Notes: generated by a model from the letters alone, not told the origin. Positions 51,147 through 62,120 are shown, numbered from the stretch's first letter. The stretch: 64,000 nt of DNA from Amoebophrya sp. A120 (GCA_905178155.1 CAJINV010000003.1:3963600-4027599); one strand, 5' to 3'. Numbers and translations are program-made.

Positions 51147-52611
51147 TTAGAGTCTAGACACCGTTGGCTCCGCGTACAGTTGACGCAAAAAAGCCATGTT
51201 ATTCGCTGCGGACTGCAGTGGATTAGATTTTGCCTCGCCGAGGAGATCTTGTTCCACAACGATCCAGCCCTTGAAAGCGTTATCCACCTGCCATTTCTTG
51301 ACGCCTTCGAAATCGACCATGCCTCGACCGAGTTCCGGGAAGCAACCGTTGTTCACGAGCTCGAAGTAGTCTTTTCCTTTGGCATTACCGTCGTAATCCT
51401 TGAAGTGAAAGCTGTGGATCTGGTGTGTTTTAGTTTTTGTGTGCGACTTCTACTTCTACTGGTACGTCGCTGCAGATCTTCGAGTCTATGTATACGACCG
51501 CGCAAGCTAGTCGTCTAGAAAAAAAAATGTGTAGTAATATCATGCGTTTAGACTTTTCAAATTCAACAAAGAACCTACCTCAAATGCATGAAGATATTAC
51601 CTTGTCTGGGTGTCTTTTGAGAAACTCCACGCAGGCCAGCGGGTTCCCAGCCCCCATGGTTACGTGCGCCGTGTCGTAAATGAGTTTCAGCCCCGGCACG
51701 TCTCGCACGAGGGCCTCGATTTCCCACGGCGTCTCGATGAAGCTACCACAGTGCGGGTGAAAGTGCACTTTGATGCCGTATTCGGACTCAATCATGTTCT
51801 TCAGGATCTGCACCTCTTCCGTCAGGACCGACCAATACTTTGCGCTCAGAGACATTTTCTTCGTAATGCGGCTGGTATTCTTTATCCGGTCGGGGTCTGA
51901 TACGTTGTCGGCCAATACCTTTTTTGATTTTCGGTATTAATTGGCATAGGCATTCGATCAAACGTATAATTTTTTGTATCACTTTGTATCACTTGTCGTT
52001 TACGTTTTCTTCACCCGATGCGTTTTGGAAAAAACGAAAAAGAATAGCATAAGCAAGTGTTAGTTGTTTTAACACACAAGTAGAAGTACGATGTGCGGCG
52101 GAAACTTCTGGTTCGCGAACGGCTGCAGTTGCGCAGCAATCTTGCGAGCATACGCGCGACCCTCCTCGTGCTTGGTTTTATCCCACAGAGCATAGGTGCA
52201 GAAAGCTCCTATCATTTGCAGGTCCTTCGACCTAGTATAAGGCGAAAGTGTATGTAGAAGTTTCCCCGCTAGCTCTACCATGCCACACGGGTTCTTGCAA
52301 TCATGTCCTACATCAAATTGGTAGCGTGGTGAGACTTTTTAAACATGCACCGAACATCAATTTCTGTGGCGCGTTTCTAAAAACTATTTGTGGAAGATTC
52401 TTTGCATATGCATTTTGAGATCTCGTCTATACCGCATCAGGTCCTTCAGCTGTTTCTCACAAGTCGGGAAAAACCCGTAGTCGCCGAGCTCCGTGCCGGT
52501 GTAGCCTGCGAGCTTCAGTTCGTCGAGCATCTGCTCCGGCTTCATGCTACTTTCGATTCCGAATTCGTTGATGCCCCAGCTAATGGGCGCGTTCGCAAAC
52601 TGCACCTCCAT
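51147..52611 (-). CDS. IolE-like (myo-inosose-2 dehydratase / xylose-isomerase-like TIM barrel) protein, paralog 1; three GT-AG introns
   Basis: ANAPISWG, GYTGTELG, FHPHCGSFIET, YDTAH, FHFKD, FPELGRGMVDF, GWIVVEQD motifs; ends AEPTVSRL*. Confidence 0.85.
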
Positions 52612-54750
52612 TTTCCAGACTGCCTGTTCTGGTAGTTCGTTCTACTCTTTCGACTACTTAAGCCTGCGCGTTGCAGAAGTATACTTCTCGTTATTTTTGA
52701 TTCCGCCGGAGCAGGCCGGAAGCAGGTTCTTGTCGATGCAGACGACTCCAACAGGGTCAGGTTTTTGCCAGCGCGATTTTTGTATGTTTAGTAGCTTGTA
52801 GTTTTCCGCCTAGTGCCGCGGGCTCAGCAGCACGCAACTCCACCAGAGCGGACACACATATCGACTGTAGAGGCTTTCACGGCGGAGCCGACGGTAAGTC
52901 CGCAATCGTCTTTGATTTCCCGCCCTGGACGAGCGTTGTCCTGCGTCTTGATGAAGAGCAATAGCAAGTCCGCTTTGACACGCTGATGCTGGTAGGAACG
53001 TTTCTTGTGTCGGGTCGTTTGTTTTTGCAACAAGAATGTTGAAACAAAGTGGATCTTCCTGCCTGTTGCGCCACGGTGACGACGAAAGGGACTCTGGTGA
53101 AGGGAAAAATGGGAATCGCTACTCTGATTCCCACCTTCTATCAATCACCACAACGAACTCACGGTGCCTAAAAGAATTCATTTACGATTTGTGAATGTGT
53201 CCAATATGGAGGATGAAACACAAGAGGATCTTCATATATTGCTTAGGTACGCATAGGAGAAGATTTGTTGAGCGAATTTGATGATCCCACGGACGCAGAG
53301 TTGCTTGACTTGAAGGCTAGTTGCAAAAGGAGGGAGGAAGAGCACGCAAACTCAGAAGGAGGTTTTTTGTTGGGATAGAATAGCAATCTTCCCCACACTT
53401 GGCGGGCTCAGCGCAGAACTCCGAAACCACGCTGACATTTGAGTTTTCATTTGCACTTCGAACCTTGGTCGCTCTCTCTCAATTGCCAATTTATCACGCA
53501 CACCAAAACAGCCAAGAATTGAAGAAGTACCTCAAAGGCAACAGGGCGATCTCAACATCATGGTGAACAAGAACTCAATAATGTGATGTCAAGCTAGAAA
53601 CTGCGCAACAATGCTGCGCTTCTTTCTTGCCCATGTTGATGATTTTTGCCCTGGCTGTGCCTTTTGAATGAGCGGAATTTTCCGCAACACTCAACAAATC
53701 CAGCCGCCACTTGGCTCCCCTAATACGGAAACAACAAACAAGAATCTATTCCGTTTTACCCATTTTTAGTGCGGACATGAAGCTCTAGCTAGAAACGTGT
53801 CACATTTTTGTACCAATCAGGGCTTGAGCACGACCAAAGTGATGTGCATAACTACGCCTGGAAATAGATTCTTCCGGTGCACGACCATGATGATGTTGAT
53901 ATTTCAGCATTCCTTCCTTCAGCGGTCATCCTAGAGAAACCCCGGAGACGCTGCGAAACGCGAAAAAAATCATCTAGATACATGCAGAAAACTCACAGAA
54001 GGAAATATATCTAGCGAGGATTAATACACGTTGAAAACGTATTGTCAATTGGCACTATTGGTGATGTGAGAGAGGATTCTCGGATGCGTTTATATTGTAA
54101 ATGAAATAGCAGCTCTCGGGAAGCACGCGGTTATGTGCATCGACAAAACTATTGAACCGATCAAAACATGTCCCTCTAGCAGTGTACTACTCGCATTATA
54201 ATTTCGTCATGATCTTGATCATGAAAAAGAAAATATCAAACGCAAACGACAAAAACAAAAGTGGAAAATCTATCATATGAAACTTTTGTATGTATCTACT
54301 ATTAGCATTTTCATTTTCGATCACCATGAGAGAAAATAATCGCTACTGTGAAGTCTGATATTACACGGGTCAAAATTTTCTCGCACGTTTTGCTACGGAC
54401 GGTGGTATTGTCTACCGTGACTTGCGCAACTGCACGGCGCTAAGACCGCGCGCTGCTGCACGTTAATACTGAGGTAATCTCAACATCCTATGTAGCGTGC
54501 TTGTCCAAGTGGGGTTGTTGTGTTGTTCACGTATTGCAAACGGCTTCGAAAGATTTTTGAGCGGTTGCGGGTTGACGACACCACAGTTAATTTGAGTTCC
54601 AAAAGAGCAAGAAGTGCTAGTACGTATGCGCCGGGAATTTGTCTTACACACTTACACAACTCGTAGACATCACCAGGATATGACTGATGCAAGTGCATGG
54701 TAACAACTGCTTTTTCACAGCCTCGAAACAAATTGCGTGGGCGGAACCTC

Positions 54751-55001
54751 TATCAAATGTAAAAATGTCTGGGTCTGGAAGAGTCATGCTGTTTCTGCAT
54801 GACACAGAAGGTCTGGCATGGAAGCTCTAGCATCACAGGTTTCGAGAAGCTTCCGCAATGCCGAATCCGCATGACAAGTCCCCCATTTTGGTGACAGAAA
54901 GTGAGCAGCCTTTGCTGCCTATGCATCAGAGATTTTTGTGTGTTCTGAAATGCGCATCACAAGTTACATCCTTCCAGACCCAGACATTTTTACATTTGAT
55001 A
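54751..55001. mobile_element. Introner family A (251 bp), TSD ACCTC
   Basis: Perfect TIRs; empty site visible at ~58196-58210. Confidence 0.93.
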
Positions 55002-55055
55002 ACCTCGTCCTTGTAGAGTCGTTTCATGAACGACATGTTGTTTGCTGCGGACTGC

Positions 55056-55319
55056 TATCAAATGTAAAAATGTCTGGGTCTGGAAGAATGCACGTTTGTC
55101 ATGCTTGTCTGGCATGACTCTTAAATCTGTCATGCACGTTGCCCAAGAGCCCGAGCCGCAGGTTTCTGTCATGCGGAGACGCAGTTTGTCATGCAGAATA
55201 GGCAACACCTACTCCTACAAGCTCAGAAATTTGTCATGCTGAGCCAGCAGTCGTGGCCTCCTCGTGCTACGCCACTCAGCATCACAAGTTTCCAGACCCA
55301 GACATTTTTGCAATGCATA
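55056..55319. mobile_element. Introner family C (264 bp), flanks ACTGC/ACTGG
   Basis: TIRs; reverse-complement relative of 43774-44025. Confidence 0.92.
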
Positions 55320-55379
55320 ACTGGCTTTTTCACAGCCTCGAAACAAATTGCGTGGGCGAAACCTCGTCCTTGTAGAGTC

Positions 55380-55630
55380 TATCAAATGTAAAAATGTCTG
55401 GGTCTGGAAGGATCCGAACTTGTGATGCGCATTTTCGAACACAGAAAAATCTCTCATGCATAGGTAGCAAAAGCTGCTCAATTCTGTCACCAAAATGGGG
55501 GATTTCTCATGCGGGTTCGGCATTGCGGAGGCTTCTCGAAACCTGTGATGCTAGAGCTTCCATGCCAGACCTTCTGTGTCATGCAAAAACAGCATGAATC
55601 TTCCAGACCCAGACATTTTTACATTTGATA
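55380..55630. mobile_element. Introner family A, inverted (251 bp), TSD GAGTC
   Basis: Perfect TIRs; reverse-complement relative of 54751-55001. Confidence 0.93.
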
Positions 55631-55712
55631 GAGTCGATTCATGAACGACATGTTGTTTGCTGCGGACTGCAGTGGATTAGTTTTTGCCTCGCCGAGAAGA
55701 TCCTGCTCCACA

Positions 55713-56109
55713 TATCAAAAAGAAAAATCCCCCCTCCCCATATCGAAAACGAAATTTGTGATGCAGTATTTGAGGCGTGAGGCGAAACTGGTACCGCTAA
55801 GAGGAAGTGGAACAATCAGCAGCCCGAACAGATGCAGTATTTGAGTACACAGATCGCATTTGTCTTGCTGGAGAGGACTGCAGACCCATATCAAGCCTGA
55901 GTACTAGAGAGGCTTTGACTTAGGCGCTTAGCATGAAAAGCGTCCGCGATGTTGGCTCAACAGCATGACAAACCGGCTCCATAATGGGACGGAAGCTGCT
56001 GCCCTTGTCTTCTTGCAGCACAAACGTGATTTGTGACCTCAAATCAGCAACGCAAATTTTCGAAAACCTACCTCTTCAATATGGGGAGGGGGGATTTTTC
56101 CTTGCGATA
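55713..56109. mobile_element. Introner TIR family F (397 bp), TSD CCACA
   Basis: TATCAAAAAGAAAAATCCCCCCTCCCCATAT ... ATATGGGGAGGGGGGATTTTTCCTTGCGATA; empty site at ~58556-58570. Confidence 0.92.
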
Positions 56110-56136
56110 CCACAACGATCCAGCCCTTGAAGTCGT

Positions 56137-56389
56137 TATCAAATGCAAAAGTGTCTGGGTCTGGAAGATTCCGGGATTTGTCATGCTAGTCCAGCATGAC
56201 TCTGAGCTCTGTATTGCGTGGCCGCAAAGGGCTTCTCTTGCCTGTCATGCAAAAACGCAGTTTCTCATGCGGAGTTCGCAACACTGAACCACGGAAAACC
56301 TTGTCATGCTTGGCAGTGCATTACAGTATGCGCATTTTTCCCTGACTTGCATCACAAGTTTCCAGACCCAGACACTTTTACATTTGATA
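56137..56389. mobile_element. Introner family D (253 bp), TSD GTCGT
   Basis: TIRs; reverse-complement relative of 24675-24923. Confidence 0.92.
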
Positions 56390-56481
56390 GTCGTTGTCAC
56401 AGCCTCGAAACAAATTGCGCGGGCGAAACCTCGTCCTTGTAGAGTCGCTTCATGAACGACATGTTGTTTGCTGCGGACTGC

Positions 56482-56733
56482 TATCAAATGCAAAAATGTC
56501 TGGGTCTGGAAGAATGCACGTTTGTCATGCTTGTCTGGCATGACTCTTAAATCTGTCATGCACGTTGCCCAAGAGCCCCAGGCTTCTGTCATGCGGAGAC
56601 GCAGTTTGTCATGCAGAATAGGCAACACCTACAAGCTCAGAAATTTGTCATGCTGAGCCAGCAGTCGTGGCCTCCTCGTGCTACGCCACTCAGCATCACA
56701 AGTTTCCAGACCCAGACATTTTTGCAATGCATA
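56482..56733. mobile_element. Introner family C (252 bp)
   Basis: Copy of 55056-55319 lacking two 6-bp insertions. Confidence 0.92.
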
Positions 56734-56793
56734 ACTGGCTTTTTCACAGCCTCGAAACAAATTGCGTGGGCGAAACCTCGTCCTTGTAGAGTC

Positions 56794-57044
56794 TATCAAA
56801 TGTAAAAATGTCTGGGTCTGGAAGGATCCGAACTTGTGATGCGCATTTTCGAACACAGAAAAATCTCTCATGCATAGGTAGCAAAAGCTGCTCAATTCTG
56901 TCACCAAAATGGGGGATTTCTCATGCGGGTTCGGCATTGCGGAGGCTTCTCGAAACCTGTGATGCTAGAGCTTCCATGCCAGACCTTCTGTGTCATGCAA
57001 AAACAGCATGAATCTTCCAGACCCAGACATTTTTACATTTGATA
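56794..57044. mobile_element. Introner family A, inverted; duplicate of 55380-55630
   Basis: TIRs, TSD GAGTC. Confidence 0.92.
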
Positions 57045-57126
57045 GAGTCGCTTCATGAACGACATGTTGTTTGCTGCGGACTGCAGTGGATTAGTTTTTG
57101 CCTCGCCGAGAAGATCCTGCTCCACA

Positions 57127-57523
57127 TATCAAAAAGAAAAATCCCCCCTCCCCATATCGAAAACGAAATTTGTGATGCAGTATTTGAGGCGTGAGGCGAA
57201 ACTGGTACCGCTAAGAGGAAGTGGAACAGTCAGCAGCCCGAACAGATGCAGTATTTGAGTACACAGATCGCATTTGTCTTGCTGGAGAGGACTGCAGACC
57301 CATATCAAGCCTGAGTACTAGAGAGGCTTTGACTTAGGCGCTTAGCATGAAAAGCGTCCGCGATGTTGGCTCAACAGCATGACAAACCGGCTCCATAATG
57401 GGACGGAAGCTGCTGCCCTTGTCTTCTTGCAGCACAAACGTGATTTGTGACCTCAAATCAGCAACGCAAATTTTCGAAAACCTACCTCTTCAATATGGGG
57501 AGGGGGGATTTTTCCTTGCGATA
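57127..57523. mobile_element. Introner family F; duplicate of 55713-56109
   Basis: TIRs, TSD CCACA. Confidence 0.92.
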
Positions 57524-57550
57524 CCACAACGATCCAGCCCTTGAAGTCGT

Positions 57551-57803
57551 TATCAAATGCAAAAGTGTCTGGGTCTGGAAGATTCCGGGATTTGTCATGC
57601 TAGTCCAGCATGACTCTGAGCTCTGTATTGCGTGGCCGCAAAGGGCTTCTCTTGCCTGTCATGCAAAAACGCAGTTTCTCATGCGGAGTTCGCAACACTG
57701 AACCACGGAAAACCTTGTCATGCTTGGCAGTGCATTACAGTATGCGCATTTTTCCCTGACTTGCATCACAAGTTTCCAGACCCAGACACTTTTACATTTG
57801 ATA
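57551..57803. mobile_element. Introner family D; duplicate of 56137-56389
   Basis: TIRs, TSD GTCGT. Confidence 0.92.
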
Positions 57804-57895
57804 GTCGTTGTCACAGCCTCGAAACAAATTGCGCGGGCGAAACCTCGTCCTTGTAGAGTCGCTTCATGAACGACATGTTGTTTGCTGCGGACTGC

Positions 57896-58159
57896 TATCA
57901 AATGTAAAAATGTCTGGGTCTGGAAGAATGCACGTTTGTCATGCTTGTCTGGCATGACTCTTAAATCTGTCATGCACGTTGCCCAAGAGCCCGAGCCGCA
58001 GGTTTCTGTCATGCGGAGACGCAGTTTGTCATGCAGAATAGGCAACACCTACTCCTACAAGCTCAGAAATTTGTCATGCTGAGCCAGCAGTCGTGGCCTC
58101 CTCGTGCTACGCCACTCAGCATCACAAGTTTCCAGACCCAGACATTTTTGCAATGCATA
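57896..58159. mobile_element. Introner family C (264 bp), just past the stop codon of IolE paralog 2
   Basis: TIRs; matches 55056-55319 including both 6-bp insertions. Confidence 0.92.
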
Positions 58160-58169
58160 ACTGGCTTTT

Positions 58170-59670
58170 TCACAGCCTCGAAACAAATTGCGTGGGCGGA
58201 ACCTCGTCCTTGTAGAGTCGTTTCATGAACGACATTACCAACAGTAAAAATGTCTGGGTCTGGAAAAATCCAACTTGTCATGCTGATTTTGGATTCTAAA
58301 AAAATCTGTATTGCATGAGCAGCAAAAAGAATCCAAGTTTTGCTACACGGACAGAGCATTTGTCATGCGGTAGAGGCATCAGGAATCCCTCACAAAATCT
58401 GTGATGCTAGGGCATGCATCACAGACATCAGGAGTCATGCAAAATGTGCATGACAAACCTGGCAATCTTCCAGACCCAGACATTTTTGCATTTGATAGAC
58501 ATGTTGTTCGCTGCGGACTGCAGTGGGTTCGATTTCGCGTCGCCGAGAAGATCCTGTTCCACAACGATCCAGCCCTTGAAGTCGTTGTCGCGTTGCCACT
58601 TCTTGACACCTTCGAAATCGACCATGCCTCGACCGAGTTCCGGGAAGCAGCCGTTGTTCACAAGCTCAAAGTAGTCTTTGCCGGTTGCATTCCCGTCGTA
58701 ATCCTTGAAGTGGAAGCTGTGGATCTGTTGTGTTTATTTTGTGAGCGAAGTAATACTTCGCTGCAGATCTTAAAATCCATACGACTGGCGCGCAAGCTAG
58801 TCGTCTAGAAGAAAAAAAATGTGCATCATGCACGTAGACTTTTCAAACTCAAAGGACCTGAAATCCATCAAAAATATACCTTGTCTGGATGTCTTTTGAG
58901 AAACTCCACACAGGCCAGCGGGTTTCCAGCCCCCATGGTTACGTGTGCCGTGTCGTAGATGAGCTTCAGCCCCGGCACGTCTCGCACCAGCGCCTCGATT
59001 TCCCACGGCGTCTCGATGAAACTGCCACAGTGGGGGTGAAAGTGCACCTTGATGCCGTATTCGGACTCAATCATGTTTTTCAGGTAGGCGACCTCCTGCA
59101 CGAGCGTTTCCCAGTACGGCTTGGAGAGCGACATCTTCTTCGTGATCCGGCTTGTGTGCCTTATTCTGGTCGGGTCACTAACGTTGTCCGCGAGCACAAT
59201 GTGCGGCGGGTACTTTTGCTTGGCGAACGGCTGCAGCTGTGCCGCGATCTTGCGAGCGTAGGCGCGACCTTCCTCGTGCTTGGAGGTGTCCCACAACGCA
59301 TACGTGCAAAACGCCCCGATCATGTCCAACCCACGTACCCTGCATTTTTTCGAATGCGAAAACAAAACGATTGAACTCGAAGTAAATGGTGAAGTGGAAG
59401 ATCTTCTGCATTCTTATGCGCATTTTCAAGTATGGATGCAAGAATATTTCAAATTTCTAAATTCATGCCGCGTACATCAAATTCATACCTTAGCATCTCG
59501 TCGAGCTGCCCCGGCTGCGTTGGAAAGAAACCGTAGTCGCCGAGCTCGGTGCCGGTGTAGCCTGCCAACTTCAGCTCATCCAGCATTTGTTCGGGCTTCA
59601 TGCCGCTCTCGATGCCAAACTCATTTATGCCCCAGCTGATGGGCGCATTCGCGAAGTGCAACTCCATCAT
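58170..59670 (-). CDS. IolE-like TIM-barrel protein, paralog 2; two GT-AG introns and one introner
   Basis: Highly similar to paralog 1; removing 58236-58497 plus TSD gives NNMS-FMKRLYKDEVPPTQFVSRL*, matching paralog 1 NNMAFLRQLYAEPTVSRL*. Confidence 0.85.
58236..58497. mobile_element. Introner family B (262 bp), TSD GACAT
   Basis: TIRs (left end TACCAACAGTAAAAATGTCTGGG); empty site in paralog 1 and in the array fragments. Confidence 0.93.
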
Positions 59671-62037
59671 GTTGGCCGATGGTTATCCGTGTGGTCCCAC
59701 GTCGGTTTCCTACTTACTTTTTTTCAGGACGAGTGCGTGCGCAATGGAAACAAAAGAAACCAAACGTCAAAACTCAAACGTCAAGTTGTACAAAGGTAGT
59801 TCAACTTCAAGTGCGAAGCAAAATTTCTTGTATGGTCGTGTTATACGTGTTTGATATACAACTTGCAACGGACAGTGCCGAGGAATGTCAAGACAAGGGA
59901 GCGGAGTAGAGATGAAGTACCAGGATACTTTTGTATCACAAATACCACAACTTACTCACAAAACGGGCTCGTTTTTGTTTTTGTCTTTCGAAAATGAAAA
60001 TGCCGCAAGAGGATGCAACCGGTTCCGGTATAAGATTTTCCCTATATAATAAATCTGATTTTACTTTTGTTACACAGTTAAACTATAATTCTGCTACTGA
60101 AACTAGTCCTCTAGGCTGAGCTCTAGTTATCGAGTGCACCGCCTGTACTTACTTCTTCAGCCTTCTGCTTCTTCCCGTCCCTCGACTTTCCCCCATGAAA
60201 GTAGCGAGGCCTTTAATTAAGAAAAAAAGCAGATGAATCAATCAGGACGCGGGGACGAATTTATTTGACAACAGGGAGGGGTCATGGAAAGTTGTTTTTC
60301 GATGGAAAGCATTGAACAATACGAAAACCAAAATGAGGTTCATGTTCTTCATCTGTCTTACGAGAAGTCGCGTCTGTAGCACGTTTTTTTACAACGAGGG
60401 GGACTTGCGCTCGCGATATCGATAGCAGCCGAGGCCGACTGTGGCGGCGGTGTACGATGTACGATGTACGAGGGATAGCGGTGGCGTAAAGAAAAATCTT
60501 CCTCAAGTGTCCGATTTGCGTTTCTTCGATTGCACGAAAAAAAAAACCGACAATGCGATCTCTCTTTGAGTTGGAGTCAAACGGAAAAAGCGAAACGAGA
60601 CCGATGAGCGACAAATGAAGTGCTGAAGCTCTTTCTTTGTTTTGGTACATCATGCCAAAGAATATGAAGTCGGCAAGAAAGGCAACTTTGCAGAGCAATT
60701 GCTGAGCGCCGCAGTGATCCTACTCCTCGATTTTTGGTTTTTCGCAAAATGGCGGCGTTAGGTTACTGTCAGTTTGAGGTATTCTCGAGATATTTGCAAA
60801 ATGTTCGTGGCAAGACTGCAGGTACTACTACCGTATATCAGCACCAGCGTCTATTGCTCTAATATTTTTTTGTGTCTTGCCGTTGCAGTGGTTCGTTTCG
60901 TGATTGTGTGTCGTCAAGACGGCCGAGCTGCATCGACTCGAGTCTTTGCCTACGATTTTTCATTGAGATACGTCAAGAAAGGAAAGTGGTGGGGGCGAAG
61001 CCGCAGCTGCTGCCGAAGCCGAAGCCGAAGAACCGGGACGCGGCTCTGGAGGAGATACAATTATTCGTGCGCCGGCTCGGATTTGCGTTGACCCCTGCTG
61101 CGGTTCTTTGGGTGTGCTGGAAGGCGAATTCGAAAACAGTTTGACCGCGCAATCCTTCACGAGCTCCTCGGCACCGTTGTCCGAAGACATGCAGAGACCA
61201 AAAATGGCACTGAGTGTTCCGCCGGTGAAAAGGAGGACCATCTTGATCTTCTTCACCAAGGACAGCTCTACGTGATTGCCTGCTGAGGTTCCCGAGGAAG
61301 TAGTAGAGAGACCACGTGCGTCAGTTTGGCTGGGCGCTATCATCGTCGCCTCTGTAGAACCGCCCCCTGTAGTACAGGCAGCCTCCGTTTCTGCCGCAGC
61401 GGATTTCAAGGAAACTCCAATCACGACGGGGTATAGAGCGATGAAGAAAAAGGTCGACAGCGCCCCGCACGTATCCTATGTAAAAACATCCCCACCCCAG
61501 AGTTGTCATGCTAAACAAAATGCGACACACTTTGCCCCCCCATTGTACCATGGCCGCAGATGGCTTGGCACGCAGGACGGGTGGGTCAGGCGGACACCGA
61601 AGTGCCATCACCATCATCTCCCGGCCACTATATCCCAACTCTGTTTTCGCCAACCAACCATACTGCGCCAACAACCATACTGTGCCAACTTGTGCCAACT
61701 TGCCAACAGAACAACACCTCACTTTTATGCCAACAATTCCTACCACTGATTCTCGCAAACTTCCAACTCGCTACCACTATAACGGGAGTATACAGCCAGG
61801 CTCACAACAACAAGAAAAAGCTGCAGCCTGCGGCAAAACCCGTAATTCCTGTCTGGATGAATGCATTCACTGGAGACACTAAGCGACAAGCGCCAGCCTG
61901 AAGTGACGTTTAACAACCAAGTTAAAGGTAAAAGATGCGAGATTGAATACTGATCTTCCTGATCGCTAGACTTAGCGTTCAAGAAGCATGCTTTCCACAT
62001 GACCGGAAGCTCGAGGCACAGAAATACAATTGGCAAG

Positions 62038-62120
62038 GCAGCACAAGTAGAACACGACTCTGCACCCGATCCGCAGGCAGCACAAGAAGAAAATGACTCT
62101 GCACCCGAACCGCTGGGCTC
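62038..62120. repeat. Two-copy 39-bp tandem repeat
   Basis: GCAGCACAAGTAGAACACGACTCTGCACCCGATCCGCAG / GCAGCACAAGAAGAAAATGACTCTGCACCCGAACCGCTG. Confidence 0.7.

Larger units (their letters stand above)
54706..58235 (-). repeat. Array of duplicated IolE 3'-end fragments interleaved with introners; includes a 1,414-bp tandem unit
   Basis: ACAGCCTCGAAACAAATTGCG at 54717, 55332, 56399, 56746, 57813, 58172; elements at 55380/56794, 55713/57127, 56137/57551 and 56482/57896 are each offset by 1,414 bp. Confidence 0.9.

Noticed and set aside
54990-58359. Recurring small ORFs containing KCKNVWVWK / FQTQTFLHL / PDPDIF
   Set aside because: These are translations of the TIR in different frames, not a protein family.
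54751-58497. CRISPR-like array of ~30-bp repeats
   Set aside because: The repeats occur as inverted pairs bounding ~250-bp elements with TSDs; the 'spacers' are element interiors or gene fragments; no cas genes.
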